A DNA stretch of 59,747 bases, from positions 1 to 59,747 of the forward strand of contig JAHBMJ010000010.1 in the NCBI GenBank assembly GCA_018398765.1, given 5' to 3'. This document shows, one piece after another, positions 1 through 11,529 of this stretch; the first letter of the stretch is position 1, and each line of letters opens with the position of its first letter. A program made the position numbers and the translations under genes. This DNA is from Chromera velia (Eukaryota). The notes beneath the pieces were generated by a model, which made no database searches, was not told where the DNA came from, and saw only the letters and a program-made list of their open reading frames with translations.

Positions 1-468
1 TGTCGACTTCAAAAACGAATCTTCACCAACTCAACAAAAAAATATACAATACTTTTGTCGCCATTTCACATTTTATTAGTATCAAAATGTTCTCTATGAT
101 CAAGAAGCCCTCTATGCAATCAACTTGCATTGATCAACTGTATTTTCTGACTTTCATGCACCCTGTCAGACGTTTGCGGAGTGTCAGCTTTCAACATCCT
201 CTGCAGGAAGCGAGAAGATCGAGCGGTTTCGATCCAAAGGGCCTGCATGCGAATTGTCAAAATCATAGGCAAAGTGCACATTAATTTTGGATGGCCCATG
301 CATGCTAACTCACACAAATGCATGCCAATGCTACAAAAACAAATGCATGGCAGGCCGCGGACGAAAGCAAAACAGCGGCGCATGGCGCGCGCCCGCCCTT
401 CACCATGCGCCAACCGATATAAAATTGCAGCCGCCCTAAGTGCAGCTATAAAACTCAAATTCTCTCCT

Positions 469-1774
469 TCAAAGCCGATCGCAAAGGTGACCAAAACCGG
501 CTGCTAAAAGCAAACCAAAAGTGATACGACGGATGTCACGCAAAAGAAAACCACACTCCTGCAATTCTTTCCACACACCACATAAAACTGCAACAAACAA
601 AGAATCAGGACATAATGAAAAAAGAAACGCACGCAAAATATGAGAACGCAAAGTGTCAAGAAGACAATGTGCAGGAATAGCTGATCGCGTATGAGCATAG
701 CGAGGAAAGGGAAGAGGAGCTTTCACTCTACCAGCTAGCAAAGAAACACGACAGCGATTGGGGTCCTTCGGCAACAAAAACAACCGGGTACAGCAGTTGC
801 ATGGACGAAGCTCAAACTGCAGAAAAGTGTCCGAATTTTGCTCCTCAAGCACATGCACATTCAACAGCATAAAAATCCTCCCTGCAAAGACTTGTACATA
901 TGTAATCTTTTTCTAAAGCAAAGGGAAGGCGAGCAACCAGGAGCCGATCATCCATCCATCTTCGCACCACACGCTTACTGCCCGACAAGGAGCTAATCCC
1001 CCGGGCTGTGGCCCAATCACGTTCAACCAAAGCCGCACTTCCATTCACAAGGGCCAGTGACAGAGGAGAGCCTTATGCAAACCCCTGCCGCTGCCATACA
1101 TGACGATTCCCAACAGCCACAAAGCAGGTCGCAAAGTCCAATTTCACAAAATCTAAAATTTTGTCAAAAGAAAGTGCCCATGCATTCTGGAACCGGCCGT
1201 GTGTTGAAAGAAAAGCTGTAGGCCGAGTATGACCCTTGGGCGTCCACTTTCTCCCTCCTCTCCCCATGATTGTGGCAGAATGAATCCGAATACCCCCAAC
1301 AGAAGAAAAAGGCAATACCAAAAAAGAATACCGACAAGATGCACGAAGCTCATCAAACACACAAGAAAGTAAATGAAGAACCAATGCTCGAGGAATTGAA
1401 GGATAAAAGTTCTTGATGTCCTCGACATGAACGAAGATCTGACTAAAATGCGAAACAGACGGTAACATCCTTCCCCGAACAGCAGTAAAATGGGCGCATT
1501 CGATATCTCCCGACCCCCCATTAAATTTTCCGATGTCTCGCATAAAAGTAAACGGTGAAAACAAGGTCGCATGCGGACTTAAAGTGGAAAACAATCCATT
1601 CAACAACCGACACACAATCGAAAAGGGCTTTCTCCATGCGTGCCTTGCATACGATACCAGTGGGCGCCACTTCAGTTCAGAGAGCTGTCTAGGGTGCCCG
1701 TTTCTAAACGATTTTGCTTTCAGCCACACAATCCCTCGCCCAAATGCATTACGCCCACGAGACTTTCTTCCCAT
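469..1774 (-). mobile_element. Decayed Penelope-like element (PLE) reverse transcriptase, 5'-truncated; whole insertion about 126-1796
   Basis: RT motifs in order: KWRPLVSY; HVEDIKNFYPSIP (motif A); WQRQGFA*GSPLS (motif B', TAA at 1073-1075 probably from CAA); RRWMDDRLL (motif C); after a frameshift DTFLQFEL (motif E) and PLE-type thumb RYAHTRSAIP...HILRA...ELQECGF. The uninterrupted site is visible at 3161-3180. Confidence 0.8.
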
Positions 1775-2365
1775 TTTCTCCCCTAACTCCCCAATCCAAA
1801 AAACAAAACGTTCATAAAAAAATAAAACAAATAAGTGCTTATAGTAAATAGACTCCTAATGAGTTGAGTTTAATTCAACTTTGAATACAATATGTGTTTC
1901 ACAAAAAAAAAAGATCCACTTTTGGGGCCAATACCATGGGTGACATAAGTTTTGTATACTCAATTTTTGACCTCTCTAGCGCCAATGAAATATGACAAGA
2001 AGTAAACATTTATACAATTAAATTAGTAAGCTATAACGGTTTCAATCAGGTATTAATTAGGGGTTGTGGGAAGAATGTGTCTCAAATATAAGTAAACTTA
2101 TTTTTTCTGAAGTGACCGATCGACCAAGCCTATAAAAAGTAAGACATAAATTTATAATTCAATCTAGCTTTGCCAATTGAGGACGTATAAAGCCAATTAC
2201 TTTAAAGTAATACTTTATGCTGTATNAAAAACAAAACGTTCATAAAAAAATAAAACAAATAAGTGCCTATAGTAAATAGACTCCTAATGAGTTGAGTTTA
2301 ATTCAACTTTGAATAAAATATGTGTTTCACAAAAAAAAAAGATCCACTTTTGGGGCCAATACCAT

Positions 2366-2758
2366 GGGCGACATAAGTTTTGTATACTCAATTTTTGACC
2401 TCTCTAGCGCCAATGAAATATGACAAGAAGTAAACATTTATATAATTAAATTAGTAAGCTATAACGGTTTTAATCAGGTATTAATTAGGGGTTGTGAGAA
2501 GAATGTGTCTCAAATATAAGTAAACTTATTGTTTCTGAAGTGACCGATCGACCAAGCCTATAAAAAGTAAGACATAAATTTATAATTCAATCTAGCTTTG
2601 CCAATTGAGGACGTATAAAGCCAATTACTTTAAAGTAATACTTTATGCTGTATTCAATCAATCAATCTACTTCTATTCTAACCCGCTTGATCCAGTGTTG
2701 ACTTCAAAAACGAATCTTCACCAACTCAACAAAAAAATATACAATACTTTTGTCGCCC
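2366..2758. mobile_element. 393-bp MITE with GGGCGAC...GTCGCCC TIRs flanked by AT (possibly ISL2EU/PHIS type)
   Basis: Left GGGCGACATAAGTTTTGTATA versus reverse complement of right end GGGCGACAAAAGTATTGTATA; AT on both sides; non-coding. Confidence 0.7.
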
Positions 2759-3312
2759 ATGGTGTTGATCGAGCAAACTTTCAACAAGAACATACAAAAG
2801 AACAAACAAAAAAATATAATAAAAATATGATTGTCAAGCAGTAAGAATTTGAAAGAAGACAATGTATGATTTGTTTGATAGAAATGATCTTTATTTGATT
2901 TATTGTAAGTCAAACTTTTGTTGTTCTGAATTTTACTAACATATAGAAACTTAGTTTTTATTTTTTTAGGTTCAAATCATTATACAGTCGAACACATCTA
3001 CTCTTTTTTGTGAGGAACAAAGTACATTAAACCCTTTTATAATAGAGCCTTTCTGATAGTTTAGCTTCTCTAGTTTAAATGAGTTGATATAGAAAAAAAG
3101 TGATTTCACATTTTATTAGTATCAAAATGTTCTCTATGATCAAGAAGCCCTCTATACAATCAACTAATTTCAAGAAAAACAAAACGTTCATAAAAAATAA
3201 AACAAATAAGTGCCTATAGTAAATAGACTCCTAATGAGTTAAGTTTAATTCAACTTTGAATAAAATATGTGTTTCACAAAAAAAAAAGATCCACTTTTGG
3301 GGCCAATACCAT

Positions 3313-3705
3313 GGGCGACATAAGTTTTGTATACTCAATTTTTGACCTCTCTAGCGCCAATGAAATATGACAAAAAGTAAACATTTGTAAAATTAAATTA
3401 GTAAGCTATAACGGTTTCAATCAGGTATTAATTAGGGGTTGTGGGAAGAATGTGTCTCAAATATAAGTAAACTTATTTTTTCTGAAGTGACCGATCGACC
3501 AAGCCTATAAAAAGTAAGACATAAATTTATAATTCAATCTAGCTTTGCCAATTGAGGACGTATAAAGCCAATTACTTTAAAGTAATACTTTATGCTGTAT
3601 TCAATCAATCAATCTACTTCTATCCTAACCCGCTTGATCCAGTGTCGACTTCAAAAACGAATCTTTGCCAACTTCACAAAAAAATATACAATACTTTTGT
3701 CGCCC
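3313..3705. mobile_element. Second full copy of the 393-bp MITE (partial copies at 1938-2225 and 1-62)
   Basis: Same TIRs and length; right flank diverges from the 2366-2758 copy just after the TIR and AT. Confidence 0.7.
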
Positions 3706-4437
3706 ATAGTAGTAACTATATAATCTCTTGTATCTTCCTAATATTGATCACTGTATGCAAGAATATATTAAAAAAAAAACTGCATTACTGGATTCTGAGC
3801 TAACTTTGAATCAGTTTTAAAGTTGTAATTTAATGAACGACTTTGATCACCCTCTTTTTTGTGTCGCTTTCCGCTCTTCAATTCGATACCCAGCATAAAC
3901 ACAGCAACGTCTTAAATCCAAATAATAAATAAAACCACCTTAGCTCTCTCCTGTCACAGCTCCTCGCAGACTCTTTCCCATACGGCGTAGAGCTTTCCTT
4001 CAGACTGCAGACAAGCGAAAAGGTTCCATCTCGCAAATCAAATAACCAACGTTCGAGAGGATATACCGGAAAGAGTGAGATATTTTTAGGCGACGACATC
4101 AAAGAAGGGGAGGAGTATTTGTAAAAGCGGGGTTTAGTATTTTTAAATCATTATGGCAAAGACGGTTTAGGCTCGTTTTACACAAACGACCGGCTAGAGA
4201 CATAAACTCAAAGAGACACACACACACCCACAGAGAGAGAAAGACTACAGACAGACTGTGTGATTTCTTTTTTTCCCCCTTTCACTCCCTCATTCACGAA
4301 AATACACTTTCTTTTCCGACTTAAAGACAGACAGACAGACAGATAGACAGACAGAGCAACAATATGACAGACAGGGGCAGGGAAAGGGACAAAGAGAGAG
4401 AGGAAACAAATTGAATCATGGTGCCGGGCTCACTCAC

Positions 4438-4851
4438 CGCTTGAAACGACGATCCTACAAAACGAACAGAAAGAGGGAAGCTACTTTACCTGATTACTGT
4501 GTTGACAGGCACTCGCGTAGTCTCCAGGAGTCTTCCCTTCCTGCACGCTTGCAAGACGGATTCTTTTCTCGGCAGTACTCAGGCTGTGTGTGCTCATGTT
4601 GTCGCTTCACTTCCTAGTTTACTTTTTAGGTAAATTTTCTCTATTCACTTCACCCAAAAAAACCGGCCAAGAGAAGTAGCATGTGTGCGTAGCGAGGACC
4701 TAAGCAAAATTCTTCAGTTCTCATATCAGCTGACAGACGCAGTAAGACTAACGATATCCGTTACGTTGGTGTCAGCTCCCTTGGCACAAAGGAGACCCGC
4801 GAGTTCTGTGTAACCTTTTATGGACGCAGAGTGAAGGGGCGTTCTTCCTTC
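4438..4851 (-). pseudogene. 3' exons of the NACHT-ankyrin gene beyond the LTR insertion (4753-4851, 4490-4540, possibly 4438-4454)
   Basis: AG/GT-bounded phase-0 exons encoding EGRTPLHSASIKGYTELAGLLCAKGADTNVTDI and EGKTPGDYASACQHSNQ. Confidence 0.8.
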
Positions 4852-5068
4852 CTGCAGATGAAACAGGACAAGAGGTTCATTGACAACTGAGAGAATGCAT
4901 TCAAAGGTCTACATGGAAAAGACACTTTACAGAGAGTATCATTTCGCATAGAAGTGCAAAAGGGAAGACGAGGGAGGCAGGCAAAAGGTATCATAATCAA
5001 AGCGTCACCCCCTTCTCTCCAACCTATGCTCTCAGACTTCTATCTCTCAAAAATAATCCACAAGATGA

Positions 5069-5817
5069 TGTGAAAGAAAACGACGGTCCCGTTCCTGGTC
5101 GGATTCGCGGAGGGTGAATTCCGGTCCCGGCTTTTCCATTCGTCCCTTCGCCCCAAGCCAGAGAAAGGAGCGACGCACACGCAGCGGCCCGTCCACATGG
5201 GATGGCGGGGCGCCTGCAACAGAGGTGTGCATGTTCTGAGTTCCATGGTATGGCCTGCATGCACTTTGGCATAAAAAATACACCCGAGGCACTCACCGTG
5301 GTGGTGTGTGCTCCAGGGATTCATATGGGATTTAAATAGGCCGATGGTGCAGTTATGCCATCGGAGGCTTTAGAATTAATTCCGGTCCTGAATTAATTTT
5401 TAGACAGTTAGACAGACCTGCACGGCGGTTACCGTCCGTCTGAATGAGAGACGCGACCTAGGGATTGACAGAACTTCATGTGTAGGACCTGTACTGTGCC
5501 CTATGTCTCTCTGTGGATCTCTTGTGCTCTGAGTAATGCACGAGGCCACCAGCAGGAGCGTACTGTAGACTGTGGGGGTTCATAGATTTTCTGTCTGGTA
5601 AAGAGACTGATCAGGTATTTATTTCTGATTATCTGTATCAGTCTAGACGAGTACGTCATGGAGACATATTCGCTGTAGTCCTCTAATAGGAGAGGGCCAG
5701 GAATTCGGGAGTATAACAGTTTGAGGAGTCCTCTGGATAGGCTAGAGGATCAACACAGGAGGGCCCATAGGATTCTATGGGAGGAATCTCAAGAAAGGTG
5801 AGACTTTACTTTTCACT
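5069..5817 (+). repeat. 5' LTR
   Basis: TGTGAAAG...TTTTCACT; colinear with 22930-23678 without indels. Confidence 0.95.
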
Positions 5818-5834
5818 GGCACCGTCACTGAGGG
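5817..5834 (+). other. Putative primer-binding site TGGCACCGTCACTGAGGG
   Basis: TGG-initiated sequence at the 5' LTR boundary; cognate tRNA not identified. Confidence 0.5.
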
Positions 5835-8092
5835 AGTCTTCCGTTGTCATTCCGACAACATTCTCCTTGTTGTATTCCCGATTCCCTACTGTAGGTGACT
5901 TACCATGGGTCCCAAAAAGGACGCTCCCCATGGGTGCGTCGCGATCAAGGGTATGGAGGCGAAGACCGTGGGCGTTTTCGGCCTCACAGACGATGCCGAC
6001 ATCATCGAGTGGGTACGGCAATATGCAGATGCTGTTGCCATTCTCGGGGACTCGGACGAGTGGTGCGGCAGGCTCACCCTCACCAACAGGAACAAGGTGG
6101 GTATCAACGTTAAGCACTACGTCGCAAGGACCGAGGTGGAAGTGCTGGAGAAGGTGGTGGAACGGGTACCCCACCTCAGCTCAGAAGTCTTTGAGCAGCT
6201 CCGGATTTTTCACAGGCATGTTGTGGACTGCGTCTCTCCGCCTGATGCAGAGTGGATGAAGAGATATCTGCAGCGGACCGACGTCCTAAGAATGGGCAAG
6301 ACGAGGATCATGGAAATCAGGGAGCTTCTCTCACGCTGAGAGAAGGAAAGAATCTCTGGTCCCCAGTTGAAGTCTCTGAACGAGCATATCCTCTGCCTGC
6401 AGACTCTGAAGGAACCCTCCTCCCTCTCCCTGTCTCGCCCTGTTGTGTTTTCTTCAGGTGGGGAGCTCCATGGGGAAGCTTTAACAGAGACGAAAGTGAA
6501 GACGGAGGAGGAGACAGGAGCAATACCAGACACCTCCCGTCAGATGTCTGTCCCCATGTCCAGTGAGCAGCGTCCAGCCTCTGATGAGCGGGACCGCCGT
6601 AGCAGTAGCAGTAGCAGTTCCAGTGGGGGGGTGCAGGTGGTCAGTGTGCAACCTGATACCACCCTGCTGGAGACGAAAAGGAAGCAGTACGAGGACCTCG
6701 TGGCCCAGATATCGGGTCTGGACGCCGCACGGGGTGCTGACAAGCTCCAAATTCTGAAGATCCAGAAGGAGGAGAATGAAGTGCTGAGTGGCATGTCCAG
6801 GAGGGACAATTTCCCTGAGGGGGCTGAAGGGAAGGAAGCGTACGCATCAGAGCTGGCATCCTGGGCCGAGAAGAAAGAGGTCTTCAGGGATACGTTGGTA
6901 GCGACCCTGCAAAGTCATATTGACCAGCTGGCATCTGATGGGTTTGCTCTGAACAAGCAGGCCAACAAACTCCGCAAGGAGATAGACGTGCTCTCTCCTC
7001 CTCCCCAGGCCAAAGGTGTCCCTAGGGGTGTTGCTGAAGGTCGCCTGCCTTCGGTATTCCAGATGACCCCCCTTACGGGTGGGGGGATATATCCTGCTGT
7101 GTCTCCCCCTGAACTTGCGACGGTGTCTGTAGGTGGGGGGGTGCGTACTGGTGATGTTGGGGCTCCGGGTGCTCCTGACATTTTCTCTTTCCTGGGAGTT
7201 AGGGAGTTGAGTGGAACTCAGGGGAGGCCCAAGTATGACCCTGAGGATCCCCTCATCGCCTACACCCTGGAAGAGATCTTGACATCGGTCCCGAGGACCT
7301 TTGTGGAGATGCGAGATAAGGTTGTGGCAATGATCTTTACGCACTTTTTCAAGACGATCCAGTACTCAACCTCTGCTCTCGTCCTAGAGTATGAGAGGAT
7401 TGCCTGCAAGCCCTATCGGTTCGGTACCTACACAGAGCTGCTGGCGCATCGCAAGCGTCTCCTAAACTACCTGGTCGACTAAAACATCGTCCACGAGCTT
7501 GGCGTGAAGTACAGGCTTGGGCTCCTGATGGCATACCTGCCAAACGACCTCATAATGAGGTGGCAGGAGAGGCAGAACCCGATGGATCTCACCAGTGAAG
7601 TGGAGATCATTAAGGAGATCCACGTCATCGCTGCCCAGGCGGAGACTTTCAATAAGTTTCTTGGGGATGCCTGGGACCGGGGCCTGGTTAAAGGAGCTCT
7701 CGTCGAGCACTTGAAGAGAGAGTGGGAACAGAAGGCGGCAATCTTCGGGGTGAGGGACTCGGGGGGTGCCTTGCGGGGGGGTATCATTCCGAAGGTTCTT
7801 TTTGTGGCGTTCGCGGGGCCTGGAGGAGTCCCGCAGAGGAAGTCCCCTTCCAAGGCAAAGGGAGGGAAACCCTCAGGAGGAAAGACCCCTGACTCTGGCG
7901 GGAAGGGCAGGGGCAACTCTGATTGCAGGAGACAGGGCAGTGCAGGAGGGGGTTTCGGCAAGGGGGATAGCGGGGGGGGCTCCAATCGGGGGCGCTCTCC
8001 TGGGTCCAATTCCTCTGCTCCTTCCAGTAAATACAATGACAAGGGGGTGGAAGGAAAGGACCGTCCTCCCACTCAGGCCGTTGTTAACCCTA

Positions 8093-11000
8093 ACTGACTG
8101 TACTGACAATTGAAACCTTTGTACTGGAAAGTGACTTTGAAAAATTTAGTTTTTAAAACATTAAAATAGATAGTTTAACTTTTAAACTAATTGATTTTCA
8201 TAATTTATTTAAGACTATTTAAGCTTAGTAAGATGTTTAAAAAATGAAATAAAAAAATGTATATATAGAGTATATATTTTTTCAAAACCATAAATTATCT
8301 GGTACCTATCATCGTAAATTAACGCTAAGAAATGCATTTAAATGGCTCTGAATCGATCTGATTGAAGCATTTCTTCTCATGATCATAACTGTTTTGTTTT
8401 CATGATCATACGAGGCACTGCTCATGATCATACGAGGCACTGCTCAACGGCGGGCATGTCAGGGGTAGGGGGGGGNNNGGGGGGGGGGGGGGGGGGGGGG
8501 GGCATCTCAGTATATATTAAACATGCACACCCATGAACGCCACCTGCAGAAATACGTGCACACAAACAGAAAGTCAGTCAAATTGCCAGAATATACATAA
8601 AAGCATGCATGCAAACACAACCTGTATCTTTAATTTGCATCAGAATGATACATAAAAGCAGGAAGACCGAAATTGGGAAAGCAATCGGACGGGCAGGAAG
8701 GCCGAAATCGGAAAGGCAATCAGGCGGCCAGGAAGGCCAAAATTGGAAGGCAGTCAGGCCGCTAAGAAGACTGAAATTGGAAGGCAGGCATATAGGCAGA
8801 AAGAACGAACTCTGGGAGGCAGTCAGACATACAAGAAGGCCGAACTTGGGAAGACAGTCGGGCCAGCAGGAAGAACAAAATTAGGAAGGCCATCGGGCAA
8901 GCAGGATGACCGAAATTAGGAAGCGTTAGGAGTAAATTTGGGTAGGAAGGAAGGCCAAAATTGGGAAGGCAATCAGGCAGGCAGGAAAGCCAAAATTGGG
9001 AAGGCAACCGGACAGGCAAGAAGGCCGAAATTGCAAAGTCAGTCAAGCAGACAGAAAGGCTGAAATTTAGAAAGCATTGAGGCAGACAGAAAGACCGAAA
9101 TTTGAAGGGCAGTCAGGCAGGCAAGAAGGCTAAAATGGGAAAGCAGTCAGCATGGCAGGAATAGAAAACTCTAGAAGGCAGTCAGGCAGGCAAGAAGGCC
9201 GAAATTGGGAAGGCAATCGGGCAGGCAGGAAAACTGAAATTGGGAGCGCGGCGAAGGCCGAAATTAGGAAGGCAATAGAGCGGGCGGAAAGGCCAAAATT
9301 GGGAAGGCATTTAGCCAGACAGAAAGGCCGAAAGCTAGAGGGCAGTCAAGCAGGCAAGAAGGGCGAAATTTCGGAGGCAGTCAGGCAGGTAGAAAAAAAC
9401 ATAGGCTCGGCACGTAGGGGCGCTACTCCCTTTCGCAGTCTAAAGACTGCGGCCTTAACGAAAATGCAAAAACCTACCTCTGGAGGAGTTGAGGAAGGAC
9501 TGGGACACAAAACAAGCATCTCCTGGAGGAGACCCACGACCTGCAAAGAGCAGAGGAGAGGGGCAGGGGTGAACAACACACGCAAAGGGAGACGGCAGTT
9601 TCGTGCCTTGCCGAGGGCAGACCAGTCAGTCATTCAGAAACCACAATGGCCAGGTTGCAGCCACACAAGAACACTTACAGACATCGTACAAAGCCTTCTG
9701 CATACACCAAGAAGGCTCATCTCTACAAATAAGATTTTTTCAATTCCCTCATTGGGAGGGGGGGGTGGACCCTCTCGCAGGGGTACGCAAACCTGCAGAG
9801 CAGGTCGGACCCCCCCCCTCCACCAGGGGTACCAAATTGGCCTGCTTCGTACCCCTGCGAGAGGGTCCACCCCCTCTTGTTGCTGGTGGAACGACACAAA
9901 ACGAACTGACCTGATTGAGCGATCCAAACCAGTCCGCCAACCCTTCTAGTTGTTGTACAACTCCTTTGCACCGAGGCAACCACTCCCATGAGCAACCAAA
10001 GGTGTCCAATCAACACAGATACCGGAGGGGGAAAAAACTCTGGAATCTGTAACCCCTCCAAAAATGAGGTTCTGGAATAACAAGCTGAACATGATTTCGT
10101 CGTTGTCAAGCTTTTCAATATAATCCAATGGAACGCTTGATAACGAGATTTTGTGGATAGAGGCCCATTCTGTTGACCCGACTTTCTGACTGGAGGAGAA
10201 CTTTCTGAAGACCTGACTGAGAATTTTTCAGATCAGCATTTTGAATCAAATTTTTGATGGGTCAGCGCGCAGCCGGGAAATGCTTTTTGGCCTTAGTGGC
10301 CGGCCGGGCCCTGGCCCGCAACGCGTAGCTTGCCTTCCGGGGCCGTCACATGGTTGGCCAATCTAAAGTCGGCTCCCAAAATCGGCTTTCCGTCGAATGT
10401 TTCAAGTCGATCAGAGCACGACCTAGTGCCGCCTCTCTCCCATCACACAGACTTGCTGTCCAGCAATGAAAGTAGGCTTTATCGAAAGCCCAGAGGATTG
10501 GCTTCTTTACTTTTTCTTAGGTTTATGACATTCACTCTACTGGTTGCCCTAAGAAGGCAATTTCGATCTTCCATCACGAAGGGCACGGCCCGTCTCCACG
10601 CAAAGGGGCCTACAAAGTTGCCCCAATAAAGCTTCCATTGAATCCCTTCCATGCGTGCGCTCTAACAAGCTCTAGATGAGGAGCTGGAAAGGCTTTCTGG
10701 ATGAGGGGGCCAGCTCTGGGTGGCCAGAAGGTGAGCCACTTTATGAATTTTTGCATATCTGTGCTGCAGGTCAGACTGAGCCTTTCTCGGAGGACCGTTT
10801 GTCAGTGCTTGCATTTCGTGAGGAAGCATTACGGCTGGTAATCTCGGGTGATCTGAAATTATAAGAGTGAGGCGCAGCTCTTGTTTGTATGAGAATTTGG
10901 AGGTAGGGCTCCTGGGTGGACTAAGACACAGTGGCCAGTGCCGGACCTCACCCAGAAAAAACAAGAACGCTATGATGGCTAGTCGTGGGCAAGGCCCTCT

Positions 11001-11529
11001 GGCTAGAGGCCATCGATCGATCAGGCTTTCAGAAGCTAAGCATTTACCTCTTGCACGGTCATAGTGCTCAACATTTGTTTGGTTGAACTGCTTTCTGTGG
11101 GTGTCAAATCGGCAGATCTGTTTGCGGATATTCATTCTTACCTTTCATGGGGGTTGCCCGCTGTGTACTCCCTCCTTATATCAGTATGCGAATTCGACGT
11201 ATTCCATTAGAAGTAAAAGTTAGCTTGTTTGTGTATTACACTGCGCATTGTCACATGCCTGCAGAGTCTGCAATCACTCCCCGACATATCAACATACTAT
11301 AACTCTTTCACCTCACTCATGTCCAACAATTTCCAACATACACACTACAAACCCATTAAACCTTATCTTTAAAAGTTGTTCATACTTTCATGCAGGTAAG
11401 AAACAATAAATAAAATCATTCTAAGTGCTTTAAAGACTTAGTTTTTTATATAAAATTTAGTGTGATACATAGAAAATTAAAAGTCACTTTCTAGTACAAA
11501 AGTTTCAATTGTCAGTACAGTTAGTTCGG
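8093..11529. mobile_element. Nested non-autonomous TIR element, about 3.4 kb
   Basis: About 46-bp imperfect TIR (ACTGACTGTACTGACAATTGAAACCTTTGTACTGGAAAGTGACTTT versus reverse complement of about 11480-11525); CCCTA direct repeats at 8088-8092 and 11530-11534; AT-rich ends; no transposase recognised. Confidence 0.85.
8657..9390 (+). repeat. Degenerate minisatellite, unit about 33 bp, about 22 copies
   Basis: Recurrent GCAGGAAGGCCGAAATTGGGAAGGCAGTCAG-like units. Confidence 0.85.

Larger units (their letters stand above)
1..3706. repeat. AT-rich tandem duplication, unit about 950 bp (partial 1-125, 1797-2225, full 2227-3174, partial 3175-3706)
   Basis: Near-identical blocks starting AAAAACAAAACGTTCAT near 1799, 2227 and 3175; copies differ by SNPs; an N at 2226. 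Confidence 0.9.

Noticed and set aside
126..260. Hammerhead ribozyme at the PLE 3' end (CTGAC...GAAA-like strings on the minus strand)
   Set aside because: No intact CUGANGA core with compatible stems.
1781..1786. CCCTAA telomeric cap at the PLE 5' end
   Set aside because: Single hexamer, expected by chance.
1797..2654. Duplication around the N at 2226 as a pure assembly overlap
   Set aside because: The two copies differ at several SNPs, so they look distinct; true spacing across the N remains unknown.
8084..8092. piggyBac insertion (TTAA followed by CCC)
   Set aside because: No GGG-TTAA at the right end.
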